Notes under the pieces: generated by a model
What the model was told of the DNA's origin: nothing
The model's input: the letters and a program-made list of their open reading frames with translations, nothing else
The model's database searches: none
In this document: positions 49,134 to 62,939 of the stretch, piece after piece
Position numbering within the stretch: position 1 is the stretch's first letter
Layout of the letters: each line of letters opens with the position of its first letter
Translations under genes and position numbers: made by a program
Assembly (NCBI RefSeq): GCF_018350175.1
Contig: NC_058375.1
Coordinates: forward strand, 17,050,001 to 17,114,000
Direction: 5' to 3'
DNA: 64,000 nucleotides
Origin: Felis catus
Taxonomy: Eukaryota

Positions 49134-49379
49134 AGAGAGAAGTTAAGTAATTTAATGGAATCAATGCCTCCCTTCATGTGGTCATTTCCCTTATAATCAG
49201 TTCCTTGCAAATATCTTTAATTCATTTGTCCCTCTCCCCTAATATTCAACTAGTAAAACTTCAATCGTCACTAAACCAAACTAACAACCTCTCCAGGCCT
49301 ACACCAAAGCACTAAGTTATAAACTGTGTCTGTAGAGAAAATGCAACTACTGACTGGTATCATTTAAAAAAACTTTTTA

Positions 49380-49600
49380 GGGGCACCTGGGTGACTCAGT
49401 AGGTTGAGTGTCCGACTTCGGCTCAGGTCATGATCTCACGGTTATGGGTTCAAGCCCCACGTTGGGCTCTGTGCTGACAGTTCAGGGCCTGGAGCCTGCT
49501 TTGGATTCTGTGTTGCCCTCTCTCTCTGTTCCTCCCCTGCTCACACTCTTTCTCTCAAAAATAAAGATTAAAAAAAAAATTTTTTTAATAATAAAATAAA
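49380..49600 (+). mobile_element. Can-SINE
   Basis: Full element. Confidence 0.9.
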
Positions 49601-49604
49601 AAAA

Positions 49605-49709
49605 TTTTTTAAAAATTTTAAACAGGCTCCACGCCCAACGTGGGGCTTAAATCCACAACCCCAAGATCAATAGTTGCATGTTCTACCAACTGAGCCAGCA
49701 AGGCACCCC
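49605..49709 (-). mobile_element. Short-type Can-SINE
   Basis: Reverse short SINE, tail-to-tail with the previous element. Confidence 0.8.
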
Positions 49710-50415
49710 ACATTTTAAATTTATCACCACAAAATCTCAAACATGTCCCTCGATGCTGCCAGCAACCCTACTATATCTCCCCTTGCTAGGTTCACTTTCC
49801 AACTCTCCAAAACAACTCTTGCACCTCTTTTTTTTTCCTCAATAAACCTCCAACCCCCATCAGCTAAATGACTGTCCCCAAGAAGCAACACTCAGACCAT
49901 CATCTCCCTAATTCCAAATCTAACCATATGTCAGCATTCTGTGTTCCCTATTGTTACAATGAAGAGGGTCTGCTGATACATAAAGTACAACTTTTCATGT
50001 CTACTATGGATCTGATTCCCTCTTATCTTCATATGCAGTGATCTCCACTCTCTTCCGTCATTTTTCTCCTGTACAGACTCTCAAATGACCCTAGCCAAAC
50101 AGCATGGGATCCACAGGCCAGCACTGGCTCACAAAATCTTACCAGTGTAAGTACAGGAATAGAATAGGCACCTAGACATTCGTGAAGCAAGCAATGCTGT
50201 AGACACTGCTACAACGTGCAAGCATAGGATCTGAGGAGGACTTCTCAAACAGGGTCTAGACCAGTGAGGGTGCTGATGAACTCACACAGTGAGTCACACG
50301 TGGAGTGAGTTACAGACAAAAATCTGCATAAGAATACCACATGTAGGTCCTGGACAGACTAGAAAAAATTAATTTGTCCTGCATCACTGACAGCTTGAGA
50401 AGCCACACTCTGGAA

Positions 50416-50572
50416 CAGTGCTTTTCAAACTTGAATGTGCACACAAATCAGCTGAGGATCTCACTGAAACACAGACACTGACTCAGTAGGTCTAGGGTGG
50501 GGCCTAAGACTGTATTTCTAAGAGCTTCCCAGGTTGATCCAGAGGCCACATTTGGAAAGCAAGATTCTAGAA
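50416..50572. mobile_element. MER5A-like hAT-Charlie element
   Basis: cagtgcttttcaaactt...tgactcagtaggtctagggtggggcc...tttctaagagcttcccagg. Confidence 0.7.
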
Positions 50573-50597
50573 TTTCCCATCTTAAAAAACAAAACGA

Positions 50598-50815
50598 GGG
50601 GCGCCTGGGTGGCTCAGTCAGTTAAGCGTCCAACTTCGACTCAGGTCAGGATCTCGCAGTTCGTGAATTCGACCCCCGCGTTGGGCTCTGTGCTGATGGC
50701 TCAGACCTGAAGCCTGTTTCAGATTCTGTGTCTCCCTCTCTTTGCCCCTTCCCCACTCATGCTCTGTCTCTCAAAAATGAATAAACATTAAAAAAAAAAT
50801 TAAAACAAAACAAAA
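50598..50815 (+). mobile_element. Can-SINE
   Basis: Full element. Confidence 0.9.
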
Positions 50816-50829
50816 ACCAGAAACAATAA

Positions 50830-52250
50830 ACTCTCCCTTGATCTCACACCTCCTTCCAGTTAGTCTAGCCCCAAAGTCTCTGCTTCTCTTCTCTTCACAG
50901 CAAAACCTCTCCGAGTACTCCACACGTTTTATTTCCATACCTCTAATGCTCAGTCACTCCAATCAGCCTTCTATCCTCAACACTCCACAAAAACTGTTCA
51001 TCAGGGTCAAAGGCCTCAATACTGACAAATTCTGTGGTCACTTCCCTATCCTCCAAATGGCATTTAACGCAAATAACCACTCCTTCTCCATCAAAACACT
51101 TTCTCCCTTGGTTCCAGGACATCATACTTTCCTCATCATCCTACTCCACAGGTCATCTTCAGTCTGCTCCACCTTCTCCTCTACATGACCAGAGATAGTC
51201 CCAGGACCTCTTTTCTTTATCTGCACCCTCCCTTCTTTGGGCAATCTCATCTAGTCCCATGACTCAATATCAATGACTTCCAAATTTTCATCTCCAGCAC
51301 TGACAATTCCAGAAGCATTTCCGACGGCCTACCGGACATCTCTACCTGGATGTCTAATCGATATCACATATCCATATATTCCCATATTGTTGATTGTATT
51401 GACCTCCCACCCGTCTTTCTCCCAAACTCATTCCTCCTCACATCTTCCCCTATTTACACTATCACCATTCACCCAACTGACCAGGCCAAACACCTAACCA
51501 TGCTGAATGTGTCTTTCCCCCACACCGAACATGAAATCCATCAGCAGGTCCTATCAACTCCAACTTCCAAATTTTCTTGAACCTGTCCCTCTGCTCTCTA
51601 CATCCCCGTTAAGCACCCTAGTCCAAGATACTGGACTCTCTCTCACCCTACCTACTGTAATAGCCTCCTTAAGCCTCCCTGCTACCAACTGTCCCCTATG
51701 AGTACCACTCTCCAAACAGCAGCAAATTTCTAAAAACTTAATCAGATCAAGACTCTATTCTGCTTAAAAACAACACAACAAAATACCTCTAACAGCTTTC
51801 CCTTCCACTTAGAATACTTTAAAGTCCTCACCAGAGTCTACTAGGCCCTGCATGATCTGGCCCCTTACCTACCTCTCTGACCTCATCTCCTACCAGGTCC
51901 CCTTCCTCACTTCCTGTTTCTTGCACACACTGCATTCATTCTGGCCTTAGGGCTTTTGCACTAGCTGTTCCCTCTTTCCTCTGTACAGCTGGCTCCTTTC
52001 AGTCATTGAAGGGTCAGCTTAAGTTTTATCACCTCTGTAAAGACTTGGCCAGATAATATTAAGTAGCTCTCAACCTCTAACATATCACCCTAGTTTATGT
52101 GCACCTTAACACTTAACCCCATCTGGTATTTTGTTTACTTACTTACTGTTTATCTCCTCCTCCCCACCTCTACCCCCACCTTCTGTCTACCTCATCACTA
52201 TATCCCTAGGGAATTCTGTACCCTAGAATGGTGCCTGGCTGACAATAAAT
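50830..52250 (+). mobile_element. L2 remnant
   Basis: Pyrimidine-rich L2 ORF2/3' motifs ending agaatggtgcctggc...aataaat. Confidence 0.7.
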
Positions 52251-52269
52251 AGATGGGTCTGTAGCACAG

Positions 52270-52690
52270 GGGAGCAATCCAGGCTGGATACATAAATTTA
52301 TGAGTCATGTGCATAGAGGTGTGGTTACTAAAGCCAATGGGGTGGATGAGATCACCCAGGGAGAGTGTCTAGTATGACCAGGGAGGAGGGCCTGCGAGAG
52401 TAGTACATTTAATAGCTGTAGAACGGAGGATGAACCTGCAGAAACAGCAGAGAAGTAGGAGAAAGAACAAGACAGTGTTATATCACTTGAGCCAAGACAA
52501 GAGAGTATTTCTAGAAGGAGTGGTCAACAGCATCAACTTCACCGAGAAAATGAATTTGAAAAGTCTGTTGAATTCAGCTTCATGAAGGACATCAGTGACT
52601 TTACTGAAGTGTACAGTGAAATGACAGGGCAGAAGCCAGCCTAGGACAGGCTAAGAGGAGGGAGGCAGTAAATACAGACATCTTGTTTAG
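52270..52690 (-). mobile_element. L2 remnant (opposite orientation)
   Basis: ggatgagatcacccagggagagtgt reverse L2 motif. Confidence 0.65.
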
Positions 52691-53548
52691 ATTCGAGAGG
52701 ATGCAGGGTTGAGGATGAGCTGTTTAGTCTGTTTCTGTTTAAAGGGGGCACCATCCTCACACTGCCACATGTACAAGCGGCAGGTCCTGGCAGCCGCAAG
52801 TCACCCAAGGGCTTCAAACCTTTTTATTCAGCTAAGAATTCCGTTCCCCTTGGACCGATTCCTAAACGTCCAGAGTATCAATCTGGAAGTCTTTTTTCAA
52901 ACACAGATCTCATCTTCACTACAACGGAAGATAAAAATGTACACTTTCCCTTGGTGTGTCAGGAACAGAACACGTGGCTTTTTATACCAGAGGGCCTGGG
53001 TTTAGAAAGTTTTCTCTGCCATTTTAATTCCAAGGCTCATTCTGGGGGAGTCATCCTTATTTCTACCCCCAGCAAGAAGTTTCTTTCCATTTTACAGCCT
53101 CTAGAGAACTTCCCATTGTCTCTGTTCCACACTCCTTCTCCACCCTGCCTGCTGCCCAGGCAACATACCACAATGGGAGGAGTACACATGGTCTCAGAAG
53201 CCAGGGAATCTTGGTTTCCTCTATACTTCAGTCACACAGCAGTCCGGGTGATTAAACTTCACGATCTCAATTTCTTCAAGTGTACACAGAGACTATAATA
53301 TCTAAACTTCATGGGACTGATGTAAAGGACTATATGGAAATACAGATTCAGTATAAGCAGATAAGGCCTGGCATAATGTGTTCTATAAATGTTAATCCAA
53401 TTTTCTTCTTCTCACCATTCTGATAAAGCATTGTATCCCCTGTGTGTTTTTATTTAGTTTCTCTTTCCTTCTAAGTGTACTTGGAAGACCTTGGGAAAGG
53501 AACCCTGAGAAATTTACTTGCCCAGTTCCAGCAGAAATAATTTTAAAG

Positions 53549-53783
53549 GGGGGCGCCTGGGTGGCGCAGTCGGTTAAGCGTCCGACTTCAGCCAGGTCAC
53601 GATCTCGCGGTCCGGGAGTTCGAGCCCCGCGTCAGGCTCTGGGCTGATGGCTCAGAGCCTGGAGCCTGTTTCCGATTCTGTGTCTCCCTCTCTCTCTGCC
53701 CCTACCCGTTCATGCTCTGTCTCTCTCTGTCCCAAAAATAAATAAAAACGTTGAAAAAAAATGTTTTTTTTAAATAAAAAAAA
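53549..53783 (+). mobile_element. Young SINEC_Fc-like SINE
   Basis: Perfect 16-bp TSD agaaataattttaaag (53533-53548 and 53784-53799); CpGs intact. Confidence 0.93.
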
Positions 53784-54902
53784 AGAAATAATTTTAAAGA
53801 AGTACCAGGAGAGGTGGGTGAGGCCAGAGGTGTTGCTGGGCAGCATGTGAAAGGGCAGGGAGGATGCCCCTGGGCAGAAGACATCAGCAGGCTCTCTGCC
53901 AGGTTCTCTGCATCTCCCCACCACCAACCCTTGTCCAAGTTCCTTCTTATAGCCCTGGATGTGCCTCTTTATCTCATCTGCTCAGAAAGCCATGCTTGCC
54001 AACAAGTCTCAAGTCAGTGTCTTCAGTATTAAAAACAAACAAAACAAACAGCACACACACTCAGAGCACACATACTGAGCAGAACACAGGGCAATGAAAT
54101 CCTGAGACCCAGTCCTGTCTCTCTAATTTACTGGTTCTGTGATCCTTAATAGATATTATAATTCTCTGAGTAGAAGTTTCCTCATTTGTAAAACAGAGAT
54201 AACAATATATCCAGACTCCAAGGCTGTAAGGACCAAATGAAATAATATATGTGAAAGTACTTTGTATATTATAAAACATGGTTATTGTTATATTACAGGT
54301 ACACAGAGCAGCTGCAGAATCTACCTTTGGCCAGCTGAGGTGTGTTACTGAGAAAGTCCACATTCTTGGAGTAGTCTGTTCTATGATCTAAGGCTACCTG
54401 TTTCCAACTTAAGTGCTCCAATCTCTAGCCGCTAAAAAAGTTATATTCTAATTTCACTTGATTCTCTTATCTTAGCAAGAACTCAAACTTCTCTGACTAA
54501 ATGGCTCCATGTCTCCAAATGGTAAAGACCACTGGCCCTGATGCTAAGGGCCCTTTTTGACTCTAACATTCTAAGATTCTCCATCCTTTGCTCCCAAAGT
54601 ACTTTGTCCATATCTCTACTTGCACAATTCCCAGTCTACTTTGCATTATAACTTTGTTTTGTATCATCCCCTAAGGAGAGAGCAAAAGGCTGTCTTACCG
54701 AGTTTGATATTCTCCATAGCACTTAACATGGAGCTCTGTACACAGAGCTTTGTGCGCCAAACAATATTGGCCAATTGACTCAACGCTAATTTCTAATTTT
54801 TTGCACTTATTGTCCATCCCACACAATAACTATAAACTCTTATTCTTCTATGCTTTTTTTGTACCTCCATAGGCCTGGCACAGTGTGAAACACATAGTTA
54901 AT

Positions 54903-55126
54903 TTTTTTTTTTTTATTTTTTTTTTCAACGTTTATTTATTTTTGGGACAGAGAGAGACAGAGCATGGACGGGGGAGGGGCAGAGAGAGGGAGACACAGAA
55001 TCGGACACAGGCTCCAGGCTCTGAGCCATCAGCCCAGAGCCTGACGCAGGGCTCGAACTCCAGGACCGCAAGATCGTGACCTGGCTGAAGTCGGACGCTT
55101 AACCAACTGCGCCACCCAGGCGCCCC
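54903..55126 (-). mobile_element. Young SINEC_Fc-like SINE
   Basis: Near-consensus reverse copy inserted at a T-run. Confidence 0.92.
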
Positions 55127-55434
55127 AGTTTTTTTTTTTTTTTTTTAAAGACCAGTGACTGGTTTATTTCTTGGTCAAGGTTTGAAAAAGCCCAATCAAC
55201 CTATCCTACCTATGATTTTTAACAACTGGCTCTGGTTATTGACATATATAAACATGACATTTATCAGAGTGTCACAAAAGGAAAGTGCATAATGGAGTTA
55301 TTACACAGATGGAGGGAAATGAAATGCGTGAGTTGAGGGGCCTTGTTCTCCCCAGTGGCACCAAAAATATGGTAAAAAGGCAAATATATTGATAGTCAGC
55401 AGACCTGGACTCTAGAGTTTATCTCTAGAAGATG

Positions 55435-55970
55435 GGCAGTCTTCTAAAATGGCTCCCAAAGATCTCCACCCCCTAGTGTCCATGTTCTATGTGGGCTCTT
55501 CCCCTTGAGTTTGGTCTGGGCCTCAAGACTGGTGTCTAACAGTGAGAACATAGGCAAGAATTATGAGATGTCATTTCTGAGATTAGCTTATAAAAGACTG
55601 AATTCCTTCTTACTGGCTCTTTCTCTCTTTTGCCATCTCTTGCTTGCTTTGATGAAGCTAGCTGCTGTGCTACAGAAGCCCATATGGCAAGGAACTAAAG
55701 GTGGCCTCCATCTACCAACCAGTAAGGAATGGAGGCCCTCAGTCTAACTGCCCACAAGGACCTGAATCCTGCCAACAACTGAGTGAACTTCAAACCCTTC
55801 TTCGGTCACACCTTGATGGCTGACATCTTGATTACAGCTAAGAGCCTGAAGCAGGAGACCCAGCTAAAGCCATGCCTGGCTTCCTATCCCACAGAAACTG
55901 TGATATAATAAATGTATATTGTTTTATGCTGCTAAATTCTGTTATGCAGCAACATATAACTACCATACCC
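55435..55970 (+). mobile_element. MLT1-family solo LTR
   Basis: tgggcagtcttctaaaatggctccc...gaaactgtgatataataaatgtatattgttttatgctgctaaatt...ataact. Confidence 0.75.
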
Positions 55971-56048
55971 TGTATGTTTAAAAAAAAAAAAAAGGAGGGG
56001 ATATGGAGAGATTCTAAGATTAAAAGATTCTTAAAAAAGATATAACCA

Positions 56049-56275
56049 GGGGCGCCTGGGTGGCTCAATCGGTTGAGCGTCCAACTTCAGCTCAGGTCAT
56101 GAACTCACCTTCTGTGAGCTCAGGTTCCACGTCGGGCTCTGTGCTGACAGCTCAGAGCCTGGAGCCTGTTTCAGATTCTGTGTCTCCCTCTCTCTCTGCC
56201 CCTCCCCCGTTCATGCTCTGTCTCTCTGCCTCTGAAAAATGAATAAACCTTAAAAAAAAAAATTAAAAAAAAAAA
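56049..56275 (+). mobile_element. Can-SINE
   Basis: TSD aaaaaagata(t/c)aacca. Confidence 0.9.
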
Positions 56276-57639
56276 GATACAACCAACCAGCCACAATGTA
56301 TGGATCTTAACTGGATCCTAATTCAGACTAACTGTAAGAAGCAAAACAGAATCATTGATGAGAAAATGAAAATTTGACTGACTAGATATTTAATGGTATT
56401 AAAGAATTCTGGTTTTTTATGTGATATTAAAATTATAGTTTTTTTAATTGTAAGAAGTCCTTAACTTTTAGAGATACATAATGAAATGCTTACAACAGAT
56501 GAAATGATATAATGTCTGGAATTTGCTTCAAAATAATACAGAATGGGGTTAAGTGGGTAGGGTATAGATGAAACAAGACTGGCCATGATTTCATAACTAT
56601 TGAAACTGGGAGTGGATACATGGGAGCCCTCATGAAGTTTCCTTTTGTATACATTTTAAATTTTCTCTAACAAAAAAAAACTAAGAAAGGGAAGAAGGGT
56701 AGGTAGAATCCTAAAGTCCAAGGGCCCCTCTAGTTCTCACAATCTAACTACACTACAGCCACTCTGACCTCCCCTAGGTTTTCTGCACTGGATATACCAT
56801 TTCAGTCCATGCCAGTGACCAACATTATCAACTCTCCCACAAAAATTCTGTCGAGCACTTAGATCTGATAAGTTACTTAAAGTAAGATTATTTAGACAAT
56901 TTGGCCCTTATAGGTAAAGAGGGTGGAGTGAAATGGTAGCTAATTGCTAGAAGGTGCTTGGCACAAACTAGAAGGAATCACCATAGGTCTTCCTGGTGTG
57001 GGAAACCATCCCCTATTGCACTTTATTGTGGCCTGCCTTTGGACACCCCAGCCTCCCAACTTGATAGGTATTTTAACATTTCCTCCCTGTGCTGTGTACA
57101 GACTTAATTTCTTACCTCTTAAAGTTTTCTTTAATTAAGCTTTAAGTATCTTAATTGCTGTGAATGATCTATTTTCCAATTTCCCACTGTGTTCAGCTAA
57201 TTAAAAAACAAAAAAAAAACAAACACACACACAAAACTCATGGTCAATAGTTCTGCAAGAAAGTAACTTCAACAGGAAAGAAATCATATCTGCTTTTTCT
57301 TGTCAGAGTCTCTGATTCTTAGATTAGAGAATCAACCTTTGAAGTTCCTACTAAACAAGAAAATTCACACAACAAAGTGAAACTGGGATAGACAAAAGAG
57401 AACTTCGTGACTAGTTCCCACACTCTTTCTCTGGGCACACCACCACTGCTACTACCATATCCCAGTTCTATTGTATAAGAGGTCCACGCTCTAATCTGTT
57501 ATGATAGCTTCAATCACTCATACTATATTTATATTCTAGCCCCTACCTTTCACTCTCTCTTTAAAAGAACAGTCCTAAGATTTACACTCCTGGAGGTTTT
57601 CAACGCTAATTATTGGAAAAACCTAGGAGCTTTCAAAAA

Positions 57640-58910
57640 TACCATTTATCTGATAAATGACTGAATTTCTACAATGAGTCAATGATATGAAAAAGTGGGA
57701 GCAAGGGAAGGACTTGAAATACAAAGAAACTTAGGAAACATAACAACTTAATGTACTGTATGGGTTCTGGTCAGATCCTTACCCTAACAAAGTAACTGCA
57801 AAGACATTTTTTAGACAATCAAGGAAATCTGATTATGATCCTATCTAGATGTTATTAAGGTTTTGTTAATTTTCTTAAATTTGATAATAGCATTATGGTT
57901 ATGTGAGAAAATGTATTTAAAGATGCATAAAAAAGTGTGTAGGTATAAAATGATATGATTTCTGGGATTTGGTTTAAAATTCTTCAACACATTAAAAAGA
58001 ACTGAAGGAAATGTAGCAAAATCTTGAAAATTACTGAATATAAATATATGTAGGTTCACTGTATTAGCCTCTCTCCTTTTGTGAATGTTTGAATTTTTTT
58101 TCTTTTTTTATTTATTTTTGAGACAGAGCATGAATGAGGGAGGGGCGGAGAGAGAGGGAAACACAGAATCTGAAACAGGCTCCAGGCTCTGAGCTGTCAG
58201 CCCAGAGCCCAACGCGGGGCTCGAACTCATGGACTGTGAGATCATGACCTGAGCCAAAGTCGGACGCTTAACCAACTGAGCCACTCAGGCGCCCCGAAAT
58301 TTTTCATAATAAAAAAAATTTTAATACTACCACCTAGTACAACCAAACTCTAGCAATATCTACCAGAGCTAAACATATGACCCAGAATCTTATTCCTAGG
58401 TATACACCCAAGAGAAATGAGTGCATATGTTCACCAAAAGATATACATAAGACTAAGAGTGTCCATGGCAGCTTTGTCATATAGCCAAAACTGGTAAGAT
58501 CCCAAATGTCCATCAACAGTAGAATAAATAACTGTGATACATCCAAACAATGAACCATTACATACTGCTACATACAACATGGATGAATATCCAGACACAA
58601 TGTTAAACAAAAGCAGCCAGACCCAAAATAGTTCATGCAGCTGAGGCTATTTATGTTCTATTACATGCAACTCAAAAATAGACAAAACTTATCAATGGAG
58701 ATAGAAGTCAGAATAACTAGTTACTTGGGTAGCCAGTACCGATGAGGAAGAAGCACGAGGGAGCCTTCTGGAATTCTGGAAATGTTCTCTATCTTGACCT
58801 GATGCATATCTTGATGTGAGTAGTCTTTACATGACAGCATACATACATAAAAATTCATTGAGTATTTTACTGAAAAATCTGGATAATTTACTGTAGCTAT
58901 ATCTCAATAA
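57640..58910 (+). mobile_element. Old L1 (L1MC/ME-like) 3' fragments
   Basis: Degenerate L1 3' UTR motifs (cccaaatgtccatcaacagtagaata; aacttatcaatggagatagaagtcagaata). Confidence 0.65.
58095..58295 (-). mobile_element. Can-SINE
   Basis: Reverse full element. Confidence 0.9.
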
Positions 58911-61900
58911 TGAACAAATAATGGGAGTAAAAATCAGAATCCTAGGTATCAGTATTTTATAAAAGCTCTGTAAGCAATTCTAATGTGCAGCCAATACAAA
59001 GAACCATTCTACCTCAGCAAGCTCAAAGTTAAGCCTCCCAAGTCTTCCTACTTCCAGTTCAATAGTACCTGTGAGATAAGGTAATAAGAACTGAAGCTTG
59101 AAAAGATGGTGGAGCAGAGAGGAGGGAGAGAGTTATCCCTTTGAAACGAGTAGGAATCTAGGGCAAGGGAGGAAAAGTTGAGGTCAGTGCTGATGGAGCT
59201 AAGAACAAAGCTGCAAAAGACTGAATATGACAACTCATTTTAATTCTAGCTTTACCACCAACGAGCTATGGGTATGACCTTAGTCAAACTGCTTTATCTC
59301 TCCAGGCCTCCCTATGATCTCGTACAGCTTTTAAACAAAGTCTGGAGAAGAAGGTGAGAGGAATCAAGTAAGAACAGGCCCTTTTAAAAGACCGTAGGTT
59401 TCCCTCTAACACAGACAGCACTTACCATCCTGTATTGTAATTATCTACTTCTTTATATCCCCCCACCAAACTGTGAGCTCTTAAAAGGCCAAGATTATGT
59501 ATTTCATCTCCAAATCCAAGCACATGAATAGAACTTGGCACACAGTAATAGTTCGGTAAATGTTCAATGGCTACATAGCTGAACACTATGAGGAGTGCTT
59601 CTATTTATATTCTTATAAGTATAGGTATGTATACATAAAAAAGAACAATCCATCTCCCACATGTATACCTTTAAATAACATTGAGTAATATTATTTTCTT
59701 TACTAACACCAACTAAAAGAAGTCCAGATTCCAGGATGCCCAAAATCATCAGAAAGGCTCCCCAAAGATGTCCTGCCAGAGGCCTCAAAAGTCCATGGCT
59801 CCTCCTCCCTAAATAATATAATGAATAATAATATCTAATGCTTACACATTATTTCATACTTCAAATCACTTTCACTCCCATCCACTCAATTCTCACAACT
59901 CTATGAGGAGATACTATCAAACCCATTTTAAAATGTGAGGAAACGGAGGCTCGTATTTTAAATAATTTGCTACTCTAAGGCAAGCTGAAAGCTTCTAAAG
60001 AAAGGCTTTCGTAGGCAGCCCCTTTCTTCAGCACCCAGGAGAAACATCACCAGTTCTATTCCCCCAGCCTCCCCAAATAAGATGGATCCATCAGTTCACT
60101 AGCTGCTTTTATTAAGCTAACTACCTCTTGGGTTTTCCTTGTACCCATGAGACTCAGTTACACAGATTACTTTTATTATGTTTTAAGCAAAAAATAAGAC
60201 CAGCACAGGGAGAAAAATCCCAAGACTACAGAAACCCACACTCAAAAGTTGCTGTTTAACCTCTTTGTGTATAAAGCTAAAAAGAAACAAGACTAAAACT
60301 TGCTCCAACAAGCAAGCTCTAAACCCTACTTACTGACCAGAGAACTCTGCAGCACTCAGGGTATTCGTTATGCACAGATGATTCAGTCTGTACTTGCTTC
60401 AGTATTTTCTTCAATAATTTGTACTATCATTTTCTCCACACCACTGTAAATTCTTACAAAGGCAAAGGTCATATCTTCCAGTTAGGAAGGTCCAGCTCCT
60501 ATAAAAAAGTACATAGTACCCCAAATCACACCACTAAACATGTTTTTCTGTCCTAGTAATTGATATAAAGTCTTTCCCAAAATTAAAAATTAAAATACTT
60601 TAATTAACAAGTTGACATTCTTCAACAGAACAACACATATAGAATCTAGAGTCTCTAAGAAACAAAGATCAAAGGGCACTTGGCACCACAGTAATGCCAG
60701 GCACACATTTTAGTGGAAACTAAATCAAAGTGTGCTGAATAATGTTAACTAGGAGCTTAACATTCATTAAAACTCAAGGACCAAGGACAAAGAAAGATGG
60801 GCACAGAACACAGAGTTAATTGGAAAAATAGCAAATCAGATTCTAAGGCAGTTCCACCCAAGGTCATGCTGGGGTCCCACAAGGGAACACTCTGGATTTA
60901 AGCACCAGAGACCTAGAGCCCCAGTGCATGCATCAGAACAGGGGCCTAGCACACAGGTTCTTTCGCCTTGAGGAGCATCTCAAACAGCAGCAGCTGGCCC
61001 CCTCCCCCCAATTACCCTCCACTCACATGCCCTGAGGCCCTGCAGGCCATAGGACTGTTGGAGTTAAGCCAGACAGAACTAAAAGTTGGAGGAAATTAGC
61101 ATGTCACCTGACACTTTTCTGGCATAGCCTAAACTGATTAGTTTAAGTTACAAACATGACTGCAAGATTCCACTATGCTGGTGAGACTACTCTTTTTCTG
61201 CAACTAAAAATAACCTATTTATCAAACTTGAGCATTCCTCAAGTTTTTTCTGCCCTGTCAGCAACCCAAACTTCCATTTCCTCAACTCCTTCATCTTCAT
61301 CTAGAGTGTTTTCTTGGATCAAGTCTCCTCACCTCTCCAACCTTCCCAACTCCTCACCCTAATCCCGTGAACACAGCATAAGAGACCTAAACTCCTTTCT
61401 CCTAACTCAAACTTTTAGTTTCTTTCCAGTTACAAACATTTACAAAGGTTAGAGGCTCCTGCCTTGTGTAAAGCCACAACTAGAAGATGGGTTGAGCTGC
61501 AGCAAATAATAATGAAAAGCAACGAAAAAATGAAGGACAAGACAGGGCATGATCAGGAAGTCAGCTAAAGGCTTTTCATTCAGGCAGGAATGGAGGGAAC
61601 CCCACCCACTGAGAAGAATAACGCACGAAGGTGAATGGTTTCCAGTAAAGAGCCAGACTGTATCTGGCCTTATCTCCTTACAACACAGCCATCAAGCCTG
61701 CTCTGGGACAGAATCGTACCCAATGAGTTCTGAGTAACCTACAAGAATCATTAAGCTGTCCTGGGGTTGCAGTGACATTTTCAGGGGGAACAAACTCCCA
61801 TCATTTAAGCCAAACAAGCCAAGCTTCAAGTGCAGATTTTCTGGTCCCACAGAGCTGAGGGGCTCAAATCATTCCACCAGGAGTGGGAGTTCTAAGGAAG

Positions 61901-62210
61901 CTAGAAACCGTGTCCTCAGTAGCTCTCCCACCTGTTGGGTCCTGAGGTAAGCGGGCACACCTTTTCCAAAGGTGGAAACTATGTGGACTTTGAACTTCCT
62001 TATAGCCCCTTGTTCTCTGCAACAGCATCAAGAGAAGGCCACAATACTATGCCACCCTACACAGACTGAACAAAGCATCTGTTATTCCACAACAGTTACT
62101 TGAGATACACATTTATATATTCTCCACAGATCCAACTTTAAAGTCTTCTTTCACTCTTATTTTTAACCTTTCACATTCTCTTTAAAAATAAAAACAAAAA
62201 CAAAACTCAC

Positions 62211-62246
62211 TTATCTATAGAATCCAGACTCTCAGAAATATTCCTC
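62211..62246 (-). other. Candidate 36-nt non-coding LUZP1 exon
   Basis: Minus strand reads gctaatttttctttttcag|GAGGAA...GATAA|gtgagttttg: branch-like CTAAT, polypyrimidine tract, GTGAGT donor. No transcript evidence available. Confidence 0.3.
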
Positions 62247-62729
62247 CTGAAAAAGAAAAATTAGCCTGAGACTACGCAAGGTACACTGTGGTAAAGTTCC
62301 AATGCAGCATCTATACTGTGTCAGAGCAAACTGAAGCTGTGGCCCTTCATCAGAGCATCAGAACCTTTCAGGATTCATGAAATCAAAGAATATCAGAGCT
62401 AAAAAGATCTTTGAGGATCAATAATCCAGCCTTTCATTTTAAAGATGGGGAAAATAAGATCCAAAGAGAGGAAAATGGAGGCTTGGAGCAAAACTGGACC
62501 TAAAAGCTAGGTGTCCAGAATCCCAACTCAAACCTCTTAAGCCACACCATTCCTCTTCATAAGACTGAGTTTATGGAAGTCCAGGAGCTAAAGAAAGGGA
62601 GGGAAAGGAAAATGAATACATGGTTCCAAGCAGAGATCAACTCCGTGAACTCTCCTCCTCCTCTGTTGCTTTGTAGTGTGCCTCAGGGGCTGTTTCTGTT
62701 CCTCCATATGCCTTAATTTTAGGAGCTTT

Positions 62730-62737
62730 TCTATTTT

Positions 62738-62791
<54 letters not shown>

Positions 62792-62939
62792 ACAGAGGAG
62801 GGACTGAGGGAGAGAATCTCAAGCAGCCTCCATGCCCAGGCAGAGTCTGACACGGTGCTGGATCTCACGACCATGAGATCATGACCTAAGCCAAAATCAA
62901 GAGTAGGATGCTTAACAGACTGAGCAACCCAGGTGCCCC
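62730..62939 (-). mobile_element. Can-SINE with a long (GA)n microsatellite
   Basis: Reverse element; (GA)n at about 62745-62788. Confidence 0.9.
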
